A program made the position numbers and the translations under genes. The notes under the pieces were generated by a model. That model searched no databases and was not told where the DNA came from. It saw only the letters and a list, made by a program, of their open reading frames with translations. A DNA stretch of 32,000 nt, from contig MGBH01000001.1 in NCBI GenBank assembly GCA_001790095.1, positions 270,001-302,000 of the forward strand, in the 5' to 3' direction. Position 1 is the first letter of the stretch, and each line of letters opens with the position of its first letter. This document shows positions 1 to 8,629 of the stretch, piece by piece. The stretch comes from Candidatus Saccharimonadota bacterium. GTDB lineage: Bacteria; Patescibacteriota; Microgenomatia; UBA1406; GWC2-37-13.

Positions 1-2529
1 AGAGAGGCTGCAAGGAGAGTCTTGGGCGAGAGACACTATGACGTACAACTTTTAGCAGGGATTGCTCTACATGAAGGGAAAATAGTGGAACAGAAGACAG
101 GTGAAGGAAAAACACTATCTGCAACGACCGCTCTCTATCTAAATGCCTTGACTGGTAAGGGTGCACATTTAGTGACAGTAAATGATTATCTTGCTCGTCG
201 TGATGCCGGATGGATGGGGAAAGTATTTCATTTTTTAGGTTTAAAAACTGCGGCAATGATCGCAGAGCAGTCTTTTATCTACGACAATGAGTTTGAGGAT
301 AAAGAGGTACATGATTGGCGCCTTGTCCACCTCAAATCCGTATCGCGGAATGAAGCGTATTTGGCAGATATAGTTTATGGTATAAACAGCGAGTTTGGGT
401 TTGACTATCTTAGAGACAACATGGCCTCTTCACCCCATGACTTAGTGCAAAGAGGTTTCCATTTTGCCGTTATTGATGAAGCAGACTCAGTTCTTATAGA
501 TGAAGCACGTACTCCACACATCATTTCCGCTCCATATGAAGAAGATACTTCAAAATATTACAAATATGCTGGGATTGTCAAACAACTTGATCCACAAAAA
601 GACTACAAAATCGATGAAAAATCAAGAACTGCAAACTTAACGGAAGAGGGAGTAAAACATATAGAAACTATTTTAGGGATGGAGAATATTTATGAGAAAG
701 ACTTCGACACATTATTTCACATAGAAGCATCGCTTAAAGCAGAGGCATTGTTTAAAAATAATAAAGAATATATTGTTAAAGACGGGCAGATTGTAATTGT
801 CGACGAATTCACAGGACGACTTCTTGAAGGAAGACGTTTTTCTGAGGGCATACATCAAGCAATAGAAGCAAAAGAGGGAGTGAAGATACAGCGTGAATCA
901 AAGACACTAGCTACTGTATCCTTACAAAATTATTTCAGAATGTATGAGAAAATTGCAGGAATGACCGGTACTGCAGCCACAGAAGCTGAAGAATTCCATA
1001 AGATCTATAAAGCTGATGTTTTAACTGCGCCTACCCATCGTCCGATGGTCAGAAAAGATCATCCTGACATGATTTTTAAAACAGAAAAGGGGAAATGGGA
1101 CGCAGTGGTTGAAGAAATTGCTACCAATTACAAAACAGGTCGGCCTGTCTTAGTCGGAACCACCTCCATCGAAAAAAATGAACATCTATCTCATCTTTTA
1201 AAAGTAAAAGGTATTCCTCATGAGTTACTTAATGCAAAAAACCACGAACATGAGGCCTCAATCATTGCCTCAGCGGGAAAAAAAGGTAGTGTAACGGTTG
1301 CAACCAATATGGCCGGTCGAGGAGTAGATATTATACTGGGAGGAATGCCGCCAAATCAAACAAACGATGCAGATGTCGAATATAAAAATAAAAAAATAAA
1401 ATGGCAGAATGAACATGATGAGGTTGTTGCACTTGGGGGTCTTTATGTCATTGGAACAGAACGACATGAGTCTCGCAGGATTGATAATCAATTAAGAGGT
1501 CGTGCAGGAAGACAGGGGGATCCAGGCGAAACATGTTTTTTTGTCGCACTTGAGGACGATCTCATGAGGATTTTCGGCGGAGAGCAGATTTCGCGTCTCA
1601 TGACTTTTTTTAACTTTCCGGAAGATCAACCTCTAAGTCATCCTATGGTGTCAAAAGCAATCGAACAAGCCCAGGTGAAAGTGGAAGGATTCAATTTTGA
1701 TATCAGAAAACATCTCGTTGATTTTGATGATGTTTTAAACAAACAACGCGATATTATATACGCTAGGCGCCGAAAGATACTCTACTCTTCTGAAGAAAAA
1801 AAACAAGAGTTTAAGGGGGAAGTATTGGGGATGCTTAATGAAGAGGTGCAAAGAATCGTTGCTCAGTTTACATTTGAAGATGTGGAGTTAAATACAGATA
1901 TGTTAGTTAAGATTGGAAACGAGTTAAATTTTGTTCTCCCATTTGATCACGGAAAGCTACTAAGCTTTGCAAAAAACAAAGACACAGTTGGTATGAGTAA
2001 ATGGGTAGAAAACGAATTACAGTTTGCCTACGATGAACGAGAAAAAAAATTAGGAGTAGTTATTTGGAGTGAAGTGGTAAAAAGTATCTATCTCTCAACA
2101 ATTGACAAATACTGGACAGATCATCTGACCGGTATTGAAGACCTGCGTGAAGGGATAAATTTACGTGGCTATGCTCAGCTTGATCCATTAGTTGAATACA
2201 AAAATGAAGCATTTTCCATGTTTGAGAAGTTGATTGACGACATCGATTTTGAAGTAGCAAGACGGATATTTAAGGTTGAAGTAGAGGCTATTCCATCTAT
2301 TTCCCAACAGCATGAACAATCCCTAACTTATAAATCTGCAGCATCTATCGATCCTTTTTTAAAACAAAAAGAGCAAAGTGTTCAGCCTCAGCAATCTCCT
2401 CCCCAGGAAGAAAACGGTTTTAAAGTAATTCCACCTGGATCAACCCAACAAAAACCGGGTAGAAACGAACCATGTTGGTGTGGATCAGGAAAAAAATATA
2501 AGAAATGTCACCTAAATAGGGAACCGTAA
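1..2529 (+). CDS. secA: Preprotein translocase ATPase SecA (5' end cut by window edge)
   Basis: Frame 1 is open from nt 1 (REAARRVLGERHYDVQL), so the TTG at 22 in the ORF track is not the true start. Walker A GEGKTL, VIDEADSVLIDEARTP, TNMAGRGVDI, RGRAGRQGDPG. C-terminal zinc finger CWCGSGKKYKKCH. TAA stop at 2527-2529. Confidence 0.97.
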   Translation, partial: REAARRVLGERHYDVQLLAGIALHEGKIVEQKTGEGKTLSATTALYLNALTGKGAHLVTVNDYLARRDAGWMGKVFHFLGLKTAAMIAEQSFIYDNEFEDKEVHDWRLVHLKSVSRNEAYLADIVYGINSEFGFDYLRDNMASSPHDLVQRGFHFAVIDEADSVLIDEARTPHIISAPYEEDTSKYYKYAGIVKQLDPQKDYKIDEKSRTANLTEEGVKHIETILGMENIYEKDFDTLFHIEASLKAEALFKNNKEYIVKDGQIVIVDEFTGRLLEGRRFSEGIHQAIEAKEGVKIQRESKTLATVSLQNYFRMYEKIAGMTGTAATEAEEFHKIYKADVLTAPTHRPMVRKDHPDMIFKTEKGKWDAVVEEIATNYKTGRPVLVGTTSIEKNEHLSHLLKVKGIPHELLNAKNHEHEASIIASAGKKGSVTVATNMAGRGVDIILGGMPPNQTNDADVEYKNKKIKWQNEHDEVVALGGLYVIGTERHESRRIDNQLRGRAGRQGDPGETCFFVALEDDLMRIFGGEQISRLMTFFNFPEDQPLSHPMVSKAIEQAQVKVEGFNFDIRKHLVDFDDVLNKQRDIIYARRRKILYSSEEKKQEFKGEVLGMLNEEVQRIVAQFTFEDVELNTDMLVKIGNELNFVLPFDHGKLLSFAKNKDTVGMSKWVENELQFAYDEREKKLGVVIWSEVVKSIYLSTIDKYWTDHLTGIEDLREGINLRGYAQLDPLVEYKNEAFSMFEKLIDDIDFEVARRIFKVEVEAIPSISQQHEQSLTYKSAASIDPFLKQKEQSVQPQQSPPQEENGFKVIPPGSTQQKPGRNEPCWCGSGKKYKKCHLNREP

Positions 2530-2597
2530 ACGGCACAGGTATAGGAAACCTATAAACAATTTAATCGAGTGGAATCGAAGAGGGGGAATAAATGGGG

Positions 2598-4166
2598 TTA
2601 AAACCGAAAATCTATTTCAATCTTGCCGTTACCTGCTCTGATCTCTTTTATGATCGCTCGTAGAAAATGCTTCTTCTCTTCTAAGTTGGCATTGTCCCAT
2701 AAGATATTGAAGTCTTCTAATGATTTGGTAAATTTCTCCAGTTCTTTGCGTCGTTCGTTTATCATCTGAATCTTAGTTTTATATTCATCGGTTACCACAT
2801 GGTATTTATTTTCTTCCTCGTCTAGACGCTTTATATTGGCTGCATACACCTCTAACGAATCGATTCCAGCCTCATAGGCATCTTTCACCCTCTCACGCCG
2901 TCTATCGATGTCTGATAGGTGTTTAGCAGCTAATTTATAGTCAATTTCGAGGTTGTCTGTGATTGTGATATTTCTGTCAAAGATGAGCCGTTCTCTAGCC
3001 GTAGGATTGTTTACAAGATTCCTAATTTGATTTAAAACAAACTCTTCTAGTCTTGTGGCACTCATGATCCTGCGCTGGCATATTCCCGTGTATTTATAGC
3101 CACCGCACAGATATTCAAAAGTTGTGGTGTTGTTCCACTTGGGGTTCTTGTTTTTTCTGTTATGGTGACGAGTTAAATATGTAACGCCAGAACCGCAACG
3201 GATACATTTGGCTATACCCGTAAGTAGGCCTCGACTCATCTTTGCCCTACCTTTTTGCGAATTTCCCCGTATCTTTTTTTCTTTTTGGGCTAATTTAAAT
3301 ATTTCCTCGGGTATTATGGCCGTGTGGATACCTTTTTCGATAATACCCTTATGATCTCTTAGTGTCCGTTGTTTGTTTTTAGCATAATCGGCATGTCTCC
3401 ATCCCCAAAGAACTTTTCCCGTATAGGTTTCGTTTTGTAATATGTACTTTATCGCCTGTGCTCGCCAATATTTACCCCTAGGTGGCTTAACTCCTTTTTC
3501 TGTTAATGAAAACGCAATGCTCAAAGCTCCTTTTCCTTTGGTATATTCGTCAAATATCTGCCTGACAATAATTGATTTCTCTTCATCCACCTCAACTTTT
3601 CTTTGCACTTTATTCTTTTCGTCTATCCATCGAATAATTTTGTAGCCGTAGGGTACGTTATTTGGTATTTTGCCTGATTTAGCCACTGCTACCTTACCCA
3701 TTGTCATTCTGCGTCTGATCTTATTTCTCTCGATCTCATTCATGGTGTCACTAAAACCCTCTACCATAATACCTAGATCGTCATCGGTAGGATCGTAAAG
3801 TTTCGGATCTCGGGGTTCGACGGGGGTAGCTACGGAATAGGTTTGGATGAACATCTTTTTTAAATCATCCCTCGCCTTTGTGGCGTATGATTTGTTTCTG
3901 GCAAAGCGATCGAAGTCTTTAACTACCACTAAATCGAATTTATAGTCTGATGCATCCTGCATCATTCGTTGGAAACCTAATCTTTCCTCTATTAGATGTC
4001 CACTTTCGACGTCCTGATATGGTTCTCCCACCAAATCCCATCCATGATCGGCAATGGTTTTCTTGCAGACTCTTATTTGATCGGAGACAGATTCCTTGCC
4101 ATCGGCTTGTTCTTTAGTGCTTACACGGGCATATATCACTGCCCTGATCTTAAATTTATTTTCCAT
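2598..4166 (-). CDS. Large serine recombinase (integrase of the integrated element)
   Basis: N-terminal resolvase catalytic domain AVIYARVSTKEQ. Central recombinase domain. Cys-rich zinc-ribbon region (CIRCGS...CGGYKYTGIC). Long C-terminal coiled-coil. 522 aa, typical of large serine integrases. Confidence 0.93.
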   Translation of the reverse strand: MENKFKIRAVIYARVSTKEQADGKESVSDQIRVCKKTIADHGWDLVGEPYQDVESGHLIEERLGFQRMMQDASDYKFDLVVVKDFDRFARNKSYATKARDDLKKMFIQTYSVATPVEPRDPKLYDPTDDDLGIMVEGFSDTMNEIERNKIRRRMTMGKVAVAKSGKIPNNVPYGYKIIRWIDEKNKVQRKVEVDEEKSIIVRQIFDEYTKGKGALSIAFSLTEKGVKPPRGKYWRAQAIKYILQNETYTGKVLWGWRHADYAKNKQRTLRDHKGIIEKGIHTAIIPEEIFKLAQKEKKIRGNSQKGRAKMSRGLLTGIAKCIRCGSGVTYLTRHHNRKNKNPKWNNTTTFEYLCGGYKYTGICQRRIMSATRLEEFVLNQIRNLVNNPTARERLIFDRNITITDNLEIDYKLAAKHLSDIDRRRERVKDAYEAGIDSLEVYAANIKRLDEEENKYHVVTDEYKTKIQMINERRKELEKFTKSLEDFNILWDNANLEEKKHFLRAIIKEIRAGNGKIEIDFRF

Positions 4167-4192
4167 ATTACATTTAGTTGAACAATATTTGT

Positions 4193-4402
4193 CTACACAC
4201 CATCCTGTATAGCTTTTAAAATATCTTCCTTTCGATAGCGTCGATCTTTTCTGGAGCCTACTCTAACCGCCACAAGTTTTCCATTGTCATCCCATTTTCT
4301 AAGCGTCCATGGACTAACATTTAATATTGCGGAGGTTTGCTCTAAAGTTAAGAGTAGTCCCCATGTATCGGGATTTGATTTTGAAAATGTATCTGTTGCC
4401 AT
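4193..4402 (-). CDS. HTH_17 / excisionase-family (MerR-like) DNA-binding protein, directly upstream of the integrase
   Basis: 69 aa. Core LTLEQTSAILNVSPWTLRKWDDNGKLVAVRVGSRKDRRYRKEDI matches the excisionase-family HTH pattern. Ends 26 nt upstream of the int start on the same strand. Confidence 0.8.
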   Translation of the reverse strand: MATDTFSKSNPDTWGLLLTLEQTSAILNVSPWTLRKWDDNGKLVAVRVGSRKDRRYRKEDILKAIQDGV

Positions 4403-4435
4403 ACTAAGTAAACATGATTTATACTAAGTTAACAT
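4401..4435. promoter_or_regulatory. Two 15-nt direct repeats (ATACTAAGTAAACAT / ATACTAAGTTAACAT) at 20-bp spacing in the divergent intergenic region
   Basis: 14/15 identical copies at 4401-4415 and 4421-4435. They sit between the minus-strand HTH start (4402) and the plus-strand start (4460). Operator-like arrangement. Confidence 0.5.
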
Positions 4436-4459
4436 AAAGAAATTTAAGAAACAAGCAGA

Positions 4460-5251
4460 ATGAAAAATGTAATAGAAGACGCAATTGATTTGGCAAATAA
4501 TATTCTTAAAACTTTGTCATCCAAAAAAGATTTAGTAATAGTAAATATCGCCATCAATAAGCCAAACACATTTATTGTCGAGGGATATCCAAAAATTCCA
4601 CTATCTTACGGCTATCAATATAGCGATACTCCCAAAGTGTTGGAACAGGATGGGTTGGTATTGGGAAAGACAGTTGGCTGGTGGTATGTAGGCATTATAA
4701 GCAAAAATTCACTTACGTTTAGGAATAGGCCGCAGGAGATAAACCTAGATGGGAACATAGACGAAGTTGTAGAAAGTATGAGGTTTATAGATAAGGAAAT
4801 GGCTATTGAGTACTATTTCAATGTTCAAGATGACGATATCGGGCCGAATAAATCAGAGCATAGGGCAATTTTGGTTAGTAGAAAAAAGTTAGAGCAGTTT
4901 GTAGGTTGGTATAAGGGTATCTCTCCACAATTTGATGAAAAAACAGGCGTTTTTTCTTATAGGGGTGTTAACGTTACGATCGGAGGAGAAAAATCGGTAC
5001 GAAGGTTTAAGTTATTGTTTGATAATTTAGGTGGTATGGTAACAAAAAGGCAATTTTATGAAGCTACAGGAAAACAAGACTACGTAATTATTAAGAATTC
5101 ACGGGGTGTTACCCAACTTCACGATAGTCTTGAAAAGGGATTTGGGAAAATAGTAGAAATTATTGAATCTGAACCAATTCTACGTAAATCTATTATCATG
5201 TTACAGAGAGATGGATTTGGTATGTTTGTAGACAAAAACGCTAAATTGTAA
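4460..5251 (+). CDS. Hypothetical protein (263 aa), element-encoded
   Basis: Long ORF with ATG start filling the gap divergent from the HTH-int operon. No motif recognised. Confidence 0.6.
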   Translation: MKNVIEDAIDLANNILKTLSSKKDLVIVNIAINKPNTFIVEGYPKIPLSYGYQYSDTPKVLEQDGLVLGKTVGWWYVGIISKNSLTFRNRPQEINLDGNIDEVVESMRFIDKEMAIEYYFNVQDDDIGPNKSEHRAILVSRKKLEQFVGWYKGISPQFDEKTGVFSYRGVNVTIGGEKSVRRFKLLFDNLGGMVTKRQFYEATGKQDYVIIKNSRGVTQLHDSLEKGFGKIVEIIESEPILRKSIIMLQRDGFGMFVDKNAKL

Positions 5252-5255
5252 AAAA

Positions 5256-5309
5256 CTCCTCAAAATAGCTCCAATAACTCCCCAATATTGATATTTTCAG
5301 CTCCCCAAT
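5256..5309 (+). repeat. Cluster of four CTCC(N0-2)..AAT direct repeats (iteron/operator-like)
   Basis: CTCCTCAAAAT (5256-5266), GCTCCAAT (5268-5275), CTCCCCAAT (5278-5286), GCTCCCCAAT (5300-5309). All on one strand, in a non-coding gap. Confidence 0.45.
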
Positions 5310-5333
5310 CGGATTTGTAACATTTTGGCTGAT

Positions 5334-5516
5334 ATGGGAAATCAGTCTACTAAATCCGTCGGCAATGATCCAAATATTCGTTTAATAACGAACACTGTCG
5401 ATGCGCTTCAAACACTTTATCGATCAGTCCGAGAAAGAAAAGAGCGAGAGATGATATCCGAGATGAATAAAAAAGAGATATTTAAAAAACAATATGAAAA
5501 AAGAATACAAATCTAA
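5334..5516 (+). CDS. Small hypothetical protein (ATG at 5334; the track starts at TTG 5325)
   Basis: Only an ORF filling the gap. Overlaps the next gene by 23 nt. No motif recognised. Confidence 0.3.
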   Translation: MGNQSTKSVGNDPNIRLITNTVDALQTLYRSVRERKEREMISEMNKKEIFKKQYEKRIQI

Positions 5517-5733
5517 CGATCTCTATCAAGCGGTTGCGCTTAAAACTGCAGGATTTCCCCTGATTCGATTAGAACGAAACTCTGGACGCTTCTTTGACTT
5601 CATTTTTGAAGATTCTGAAAATAAAGCAGAAGAAATTCTGACGCAATTTTGGGCTAAAAAACTACAGGTAGATGCTAAAGAATTTGTCGAGAATATAAAT
5701 GAGCTTAAGGCACGTGTTAATTCAGGAATATGA
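5494..5733 (+). CDS. DUF5659-like small protein (phage/plasmid-associated)
   Basis: NDLYQAVALKTAGFPLIRLERNSGRFFDFIFEDSENKAEEILTQFW follows the pattern I recall for DUF5659. ATGA stop/start overlap with the next gene. Confidence 0.65.
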   Translation: MKKEYKSNDLYQAVALKTAGFPLIRLERNSGRFFDFIFEDSENKAEEILTQFWAKKLQVDAKEFVENINELKARVNSGI

Positions 5734-6335
5734 AGAACAATATACCACCATATCAGAACAAAAAACAATTGAGACAAGCATACCAGAGATTGGGATCGAC
5801 TAGGAAGGTAGCTCGGTTATTCAATGTTTCAAATGGAACGATAATTTGTTGGATGCGAAAATTCCACATTTCTAGAGAACCCAAACTATATCTTTCTAAT
5901 AGCAATTCTGGAAGGGGTAGACTTTGTGAACTGTATATAGTGGAACATCCTTATTTCACAATGCATTTTAAAGATTTGGGGGAATTTGATGATAAATCCA
6001 GGTATGACGGATTGTGGTTTGGTGACAGAGTAAATATCAAAAGTTCGCACAGTAAAAAGAAATTTACATTTAGGATAAAGAAAATAAAACATGATGTCGT
6101 TTATTACATTTGTTGTATCTACATTGATGAAATAGATCCACTTATACCAACAGAAGTATTTATTATTCCAGCAAAGAATTCACCACGTACGTCTATCACT
6201 GCAACACTAGGATCGAAGAGTAAATATGCTCAATTTAGGTTAAGTCTCAAGAGAGGTAAGGAATTCACAATCAAATCGGAAAGGGAATATAACGAGAAAT
6301 TCAAAAAGAAATATAGATACCCGACGAAAAAATAA
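5730..6335 (+). CDS. HTH domain fused to a PD-(D/E)XK endonuclease-like domain (PDDEXK_5-like)
   Basis: N-terminal HTH LGSTRKVARLFNVSNGTIICWMRKF. C-terminal GRLCELYIV...YDGLWFGDRVNIKSS...VVYYICCIYIDE...VFIIPAK fits the E...D...(Q/N)xK pattern of the small PD-(D/E)XK fold. Confidence 0.6.
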   Translation: MKNNIPPYQNKKQLRQAYQRLGSTRKVARLFNVSNGTIICWMRKFHISREPKLYLSNSNSGRGRLCELYIVEHPYFTMHFKDLGEFDDKSRYDGLWFGDRVNIKSSHSKKKFTFRIKKIKHDVVYYICCIYIDEIDPLIPTEVFIIPAKNSPRTSITATLGSKSKYAQFRLSLKRGKEFTIKSEREYNEKFKKKYRYPTKK

Positions 6336-6358
6336 GTTCCCGCCCTCTTATATGTAAT

Positions 6359-7105
6359 ATGAAAATGAAAAATAATGACGGGGTAGGTTGGTGTCTAATA
6401 CCACCTGATATCGTATGCAGAACCGATCTGACCTCAAATGAAAAGTTAATTGTCGGTAGGATTCATGGCCTTTGTCTAAAGCATGGATATTGCTATGCTT
6501 CGAATCGTTGGCTCGCTAAACAATTTGGATTGTCTGCAGGTACAATTTCAAACATCATAAGTTCTCTTGTTGTAAAAGGGTTAATTCAAAGAGAAATAAT
6601 TCGTGATAAAAATATGCGCATAATCCAGCGCAAGTTATATACCCTTTCAATGCAACAGTGGATACCTACCCATTCCCAAATAGAAGAGAGTAGTAGAGAG
6701 AATAGTATTAGAGATAATGTTTATAATGATCCCTTTCCCAAAAGTAAAAGGGATTTAAAAAAAGATACAGACACAATAACAAACTATTTGAAGAATGAAC
6801 CTACAGCGGTAAGCGAAGCAATTCGATATTATCTATACAGATATAAAGAAAAAATTGGGAAAATTCACCCTAAGATATCCAGATCTCAATATCATATTGT
6901 GAGAAGCGGATTTGAAAATCCAACGTGGATACATTCAGATAGTCTCTCCTATGAGGATTATAAAAAAATAATTGATAACTGGTTTTGGGATGAAAATGTC
7001 GAAAGTGACTACAATATTATTCATTTTGCCTCGGGGGATACGATCTCATATCATGCTCTGAAAGAAAACCTTATTGATGAAGAAGACAAACCTTGGCCAG
7101 AATAA
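6359..7105 (+). CDS. Winged-helix DNA-binding protein, replication-initiator/DnaD-like N-terminus
   Basis: LTSNEKLIVGRIHGLCLKHGYCYASNRWLAKQFGLSAGTISNIISSLVVKGLIQRE is the HTH pattern seen in phage and plasmid replication proteins. The rest is unrecognised. Confidence 0.6.
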   Translation: MKMKNNDGVGWCLIPPDIVCRTDLTSNEKLIVGRIHGLCLKHGYCYASNRWLAKQFGLSAGTISNIISSLVVKGLIQREIIRDKNMRIIQRKLYTLSMQQWIPTHSQIEESSRENSIRDNVYNDPFPKSKRDLKKDTDTITNYLKNEPTAVSEAIRYYLYRYKEKIGKIHPKISRSQYHIVRSGFENPTWIHSDSLSYEDYKKIIDNWFWDENVESDYNIIHFASGDTISYHALKENLIDEEDKPWPE

Positions 7106-7254
7106 TAAAAATACAGACATATGATGATGCAAAGAAATAAGCAACTAATAACAGTCTTCTTTGCAATGATCGTGGTTAGAGTATTGATCTGGTGTTTCAA
7201 AGGACAATCCAACATTCAGTTCATTAATAGTTTTGATGATTGTGCAGCAGGGTA

Positions 7255-7283
7255 TTGACATATATCCGTTACGGATATATACT
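7255..7283 (+). promoter_or_regulatory. Near-consensus sigma70-type promoter (TTGACA-17-TATACT) with embedded perfect palindrome operator
   Basis: TTGACA at 7255-7260 and TATACT at 7278-7283. The 17-nt spacer lies within the palindrome TATATCCGT-T-ACGGATATA (7261-7279). The padR ATG at 7290 is 7 nt after the -10 element. Confidence 0.6.
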
Positions 7284-7289
7284 AATCTC

Positions 7290-7634
7290 ATGGACTACAA
7301 GCAAGAACCTCTTACTCCAGCAGTTTTTTATATTTTATTAGCCCTTAGCATTAAAGAGCGACACGGCTATGACATTATGAAACAAGTGGAGGCAGATTCA
7401 CACGGACAAGTAAAAATGGGCCCAGGAACGCTATACGGTTCTATCAAACGCATGTTGGATGTAGGACTGATTGTTGAGGTTGACAATATAAAGGATAGTA
7501 GACGGAAATTCTACAGCCTCACAAAAAAAGGACAGAAATACTTGTCTGCCGAAATAAAACGCTACTCCGAAGTTGTAAATCTAGCAAAAAACAGAAAACT
7601 ATTAGGAGTTGGCAATTTAGATTTTGGCGTATGA
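7290..7634 (+). CDS. PadR-family transcriptional regulator
   Basis: LTPAVFYILLALSIKERHGYDIMKQV...GPGTLYGSIKRMLDVGLI...RRKFYSLTKKG is the classic PadR winged helix. The start is moved to the internal ATG at 7290 because the track start (TTG 7233) lies upstream of the promoter. Confidence 0.88.
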   Translation: MDYKQEPLTPAVFYILLALSIKERHGYDIMKQVEADSHGQVKMGPGTLYGSIKRMLDVGLIVEVDNIKDSRRKFYSLTKKGQKYLSAEIKRYSEVVNLAKNRKLLGVGNLDFGV

Positions 7635-8476
7635 AAACCACTCTTTCTTTGTCAGAAAAAATCTACAAGACAATGTTAGAACTATACCCATTCAGGTATA
7701 AAGATGAATTTGGCCAAGAAATGATCCAGTTATTTCAGGATATGTATCACGACGCAAAAAACACTGATAACGACATGGAAGTGATTAACTTGTGGATGCG
7801 TATAATCCCCGACTACTTTATTAGTCTTACCAAAGAACATTTATCACACTTGAGAGGGGGTGATTATTATATGCACAAAAAATTTGACATGTTAGGTTTA
7901 TTTTTCTGGGTAGTAGCAGGAATTGCCGTATTTCCTGTTGTGTTGTTTATTAGCGTGAATCTGGTTGGTATTTTAGGATTAGGAAGCACCGAGGATGAAA
8001 GTGTATTGTTGTGGTTGATTTTTATTCCCTTGTTACTAATATCGCTAATTGGCTCTCAATGGCTAGTTTTACGTAAATACACAGACAGAGCAAAAGATTG
8101 GCTGATAAATACGGCTTCCGCTTGGGTTGTAATGATTGCCTCAACTTTCGTGATTATTGGGTTACTATTCAGAAATCTTACTATCACAGAACCACAGTCA
8201 TTAATGTTTATTCAAGCTATCCAAGCAATAGTGTATGGGGGAATATTAGGATGGTTTCAAAAAAAGGCACTGCATGGTTATGCAAACGCATGGCTTTTGA
8301 TTCCTGCAAACATAATCGGTGTAGCATTAATTTTTACAAGTATTGGAGAATCAATTAGTAGCACAATCGACATGATGCTGGTTGGATCTTTTCCTGCGTT
8401 ATTTACAGGCATAGCATTACTATTCGTCCTTAGTAAAAAACCAGTACACAGCAGTAAGCAGGGTGTTATGGCCTAA
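7631..8476 (+). CDS. Multi-pass membrane protein co-transcribed with PadR
   Basis: ATGA overlap with padR. The N-terminal cytoplasmic segment (LYPFRYKDEFGQEMIQLFQDMY) resembles the prefix region often found downstream of PadR genes. It is followed by at least 5 hydrophobic helices. Confidence 0.75.
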   Translation: MKTTLSLSEKIYKTMLELYPFRYKDEFGQEMIQLFQDMYHDAKNTDNDMEVINLWMRIIPDYFISLTKEHLSHLRGGDYYMHKKFDMLGLFFWVVAGIAVFPVVLFISVNLVGILGLGSTEDESVLLWLIFIPLLLISLIGSQWLVLRKYTDRAKDWLINTASAWVVMIASTFVIIGLLFRNLTITEPQSLMFIQAIQAIVYGGILGWFQKKALHGYANAWLLIPANIIGVALIFTSIGESISSTIDMMLVGSFPALFTGIALLFVLSKKPVHSSKQGVMA

Positions 8477-8481
8477 TTCAA

Positions 8482-8509
8482 AAGGCTGGCTTTCTAGAGA
8501 GTCAGCCTT
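8482..8509 (+). terminator. Hairpin after the PadR operon (weak intrinsic terminator candidate)
   Basis: AAGGCTG (8482-8488) pairs with CAGCCTT (8503-8509), 6 nt after the stop. The downstream T-tract is poor. Confidence 0.35.
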
Positions 8510-8629
8510 GTGTAGTTATTTCGTCTGTTATATAAAGAGCTTTTAGGGTTATACAAAGCTAATATCTCCTTGTTCGTGATCGTAACATTAATATAAGCAG
8601 TCAAGTGGTATAAGAGATGTATAATAAAG

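Noticed and set aside
1270-2260. Minus-strand ORFs 1270-1491 and 2060-2260 inside secA
   Set aside because: They lie antisense within a motif-rich, confidently identified gene. They are low-complexity, carry no motifs, and look like typical shadow ORFs of AT-rich DNA.
2571-2579. TTCGATTCC (minus strand), resembling a tRNA T-loop at the element's left end and hinting at a tRNA attachment site
   Set aside because: The flanking bases (CCCTC / CCACT) cannot form a T-stem. No acceptor or anticodon arms can be drawn, so this is not a tRNA or a convincing tRNA fragment.
2563-2585. Direct-repeat candidate AATCGAG(T/G)GG shared with 15699-15710, as an alternative att core
   Set aside because: Only 7 exact nt plus a G-run are shared. 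Serine integrases need only a tiny shared core, so this cannot be distinguished from chance. The inverted blocks at 2544-2564 and 14990-15016 fit the gene layout better. It is kept only as an alternative boundary.
3442-4181. Plus-strand ORFs 3442-3645 and 3996-4181 inside the serine recombinase gene
   Set aside because: Antisense shadow ORFs with no start context and no motifs.
5526-6092. Minus-strand ORFs 5526-5777 and 5886-6092
   Set aside because: They lie antisense to the translationally coupled DUF5659-like and HTH-nuclease genes and have no independent support.
7121-7258. 45-aa ORF (MMMQRNKQLITVFFAMIVVRVLIWCF...) between the wHTH gene and padR
   Set aside because: It has one hydrophobic helix but runs into the -35 element of the padR promoter and has no SD. 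The evidence is too weak to call it a gene.
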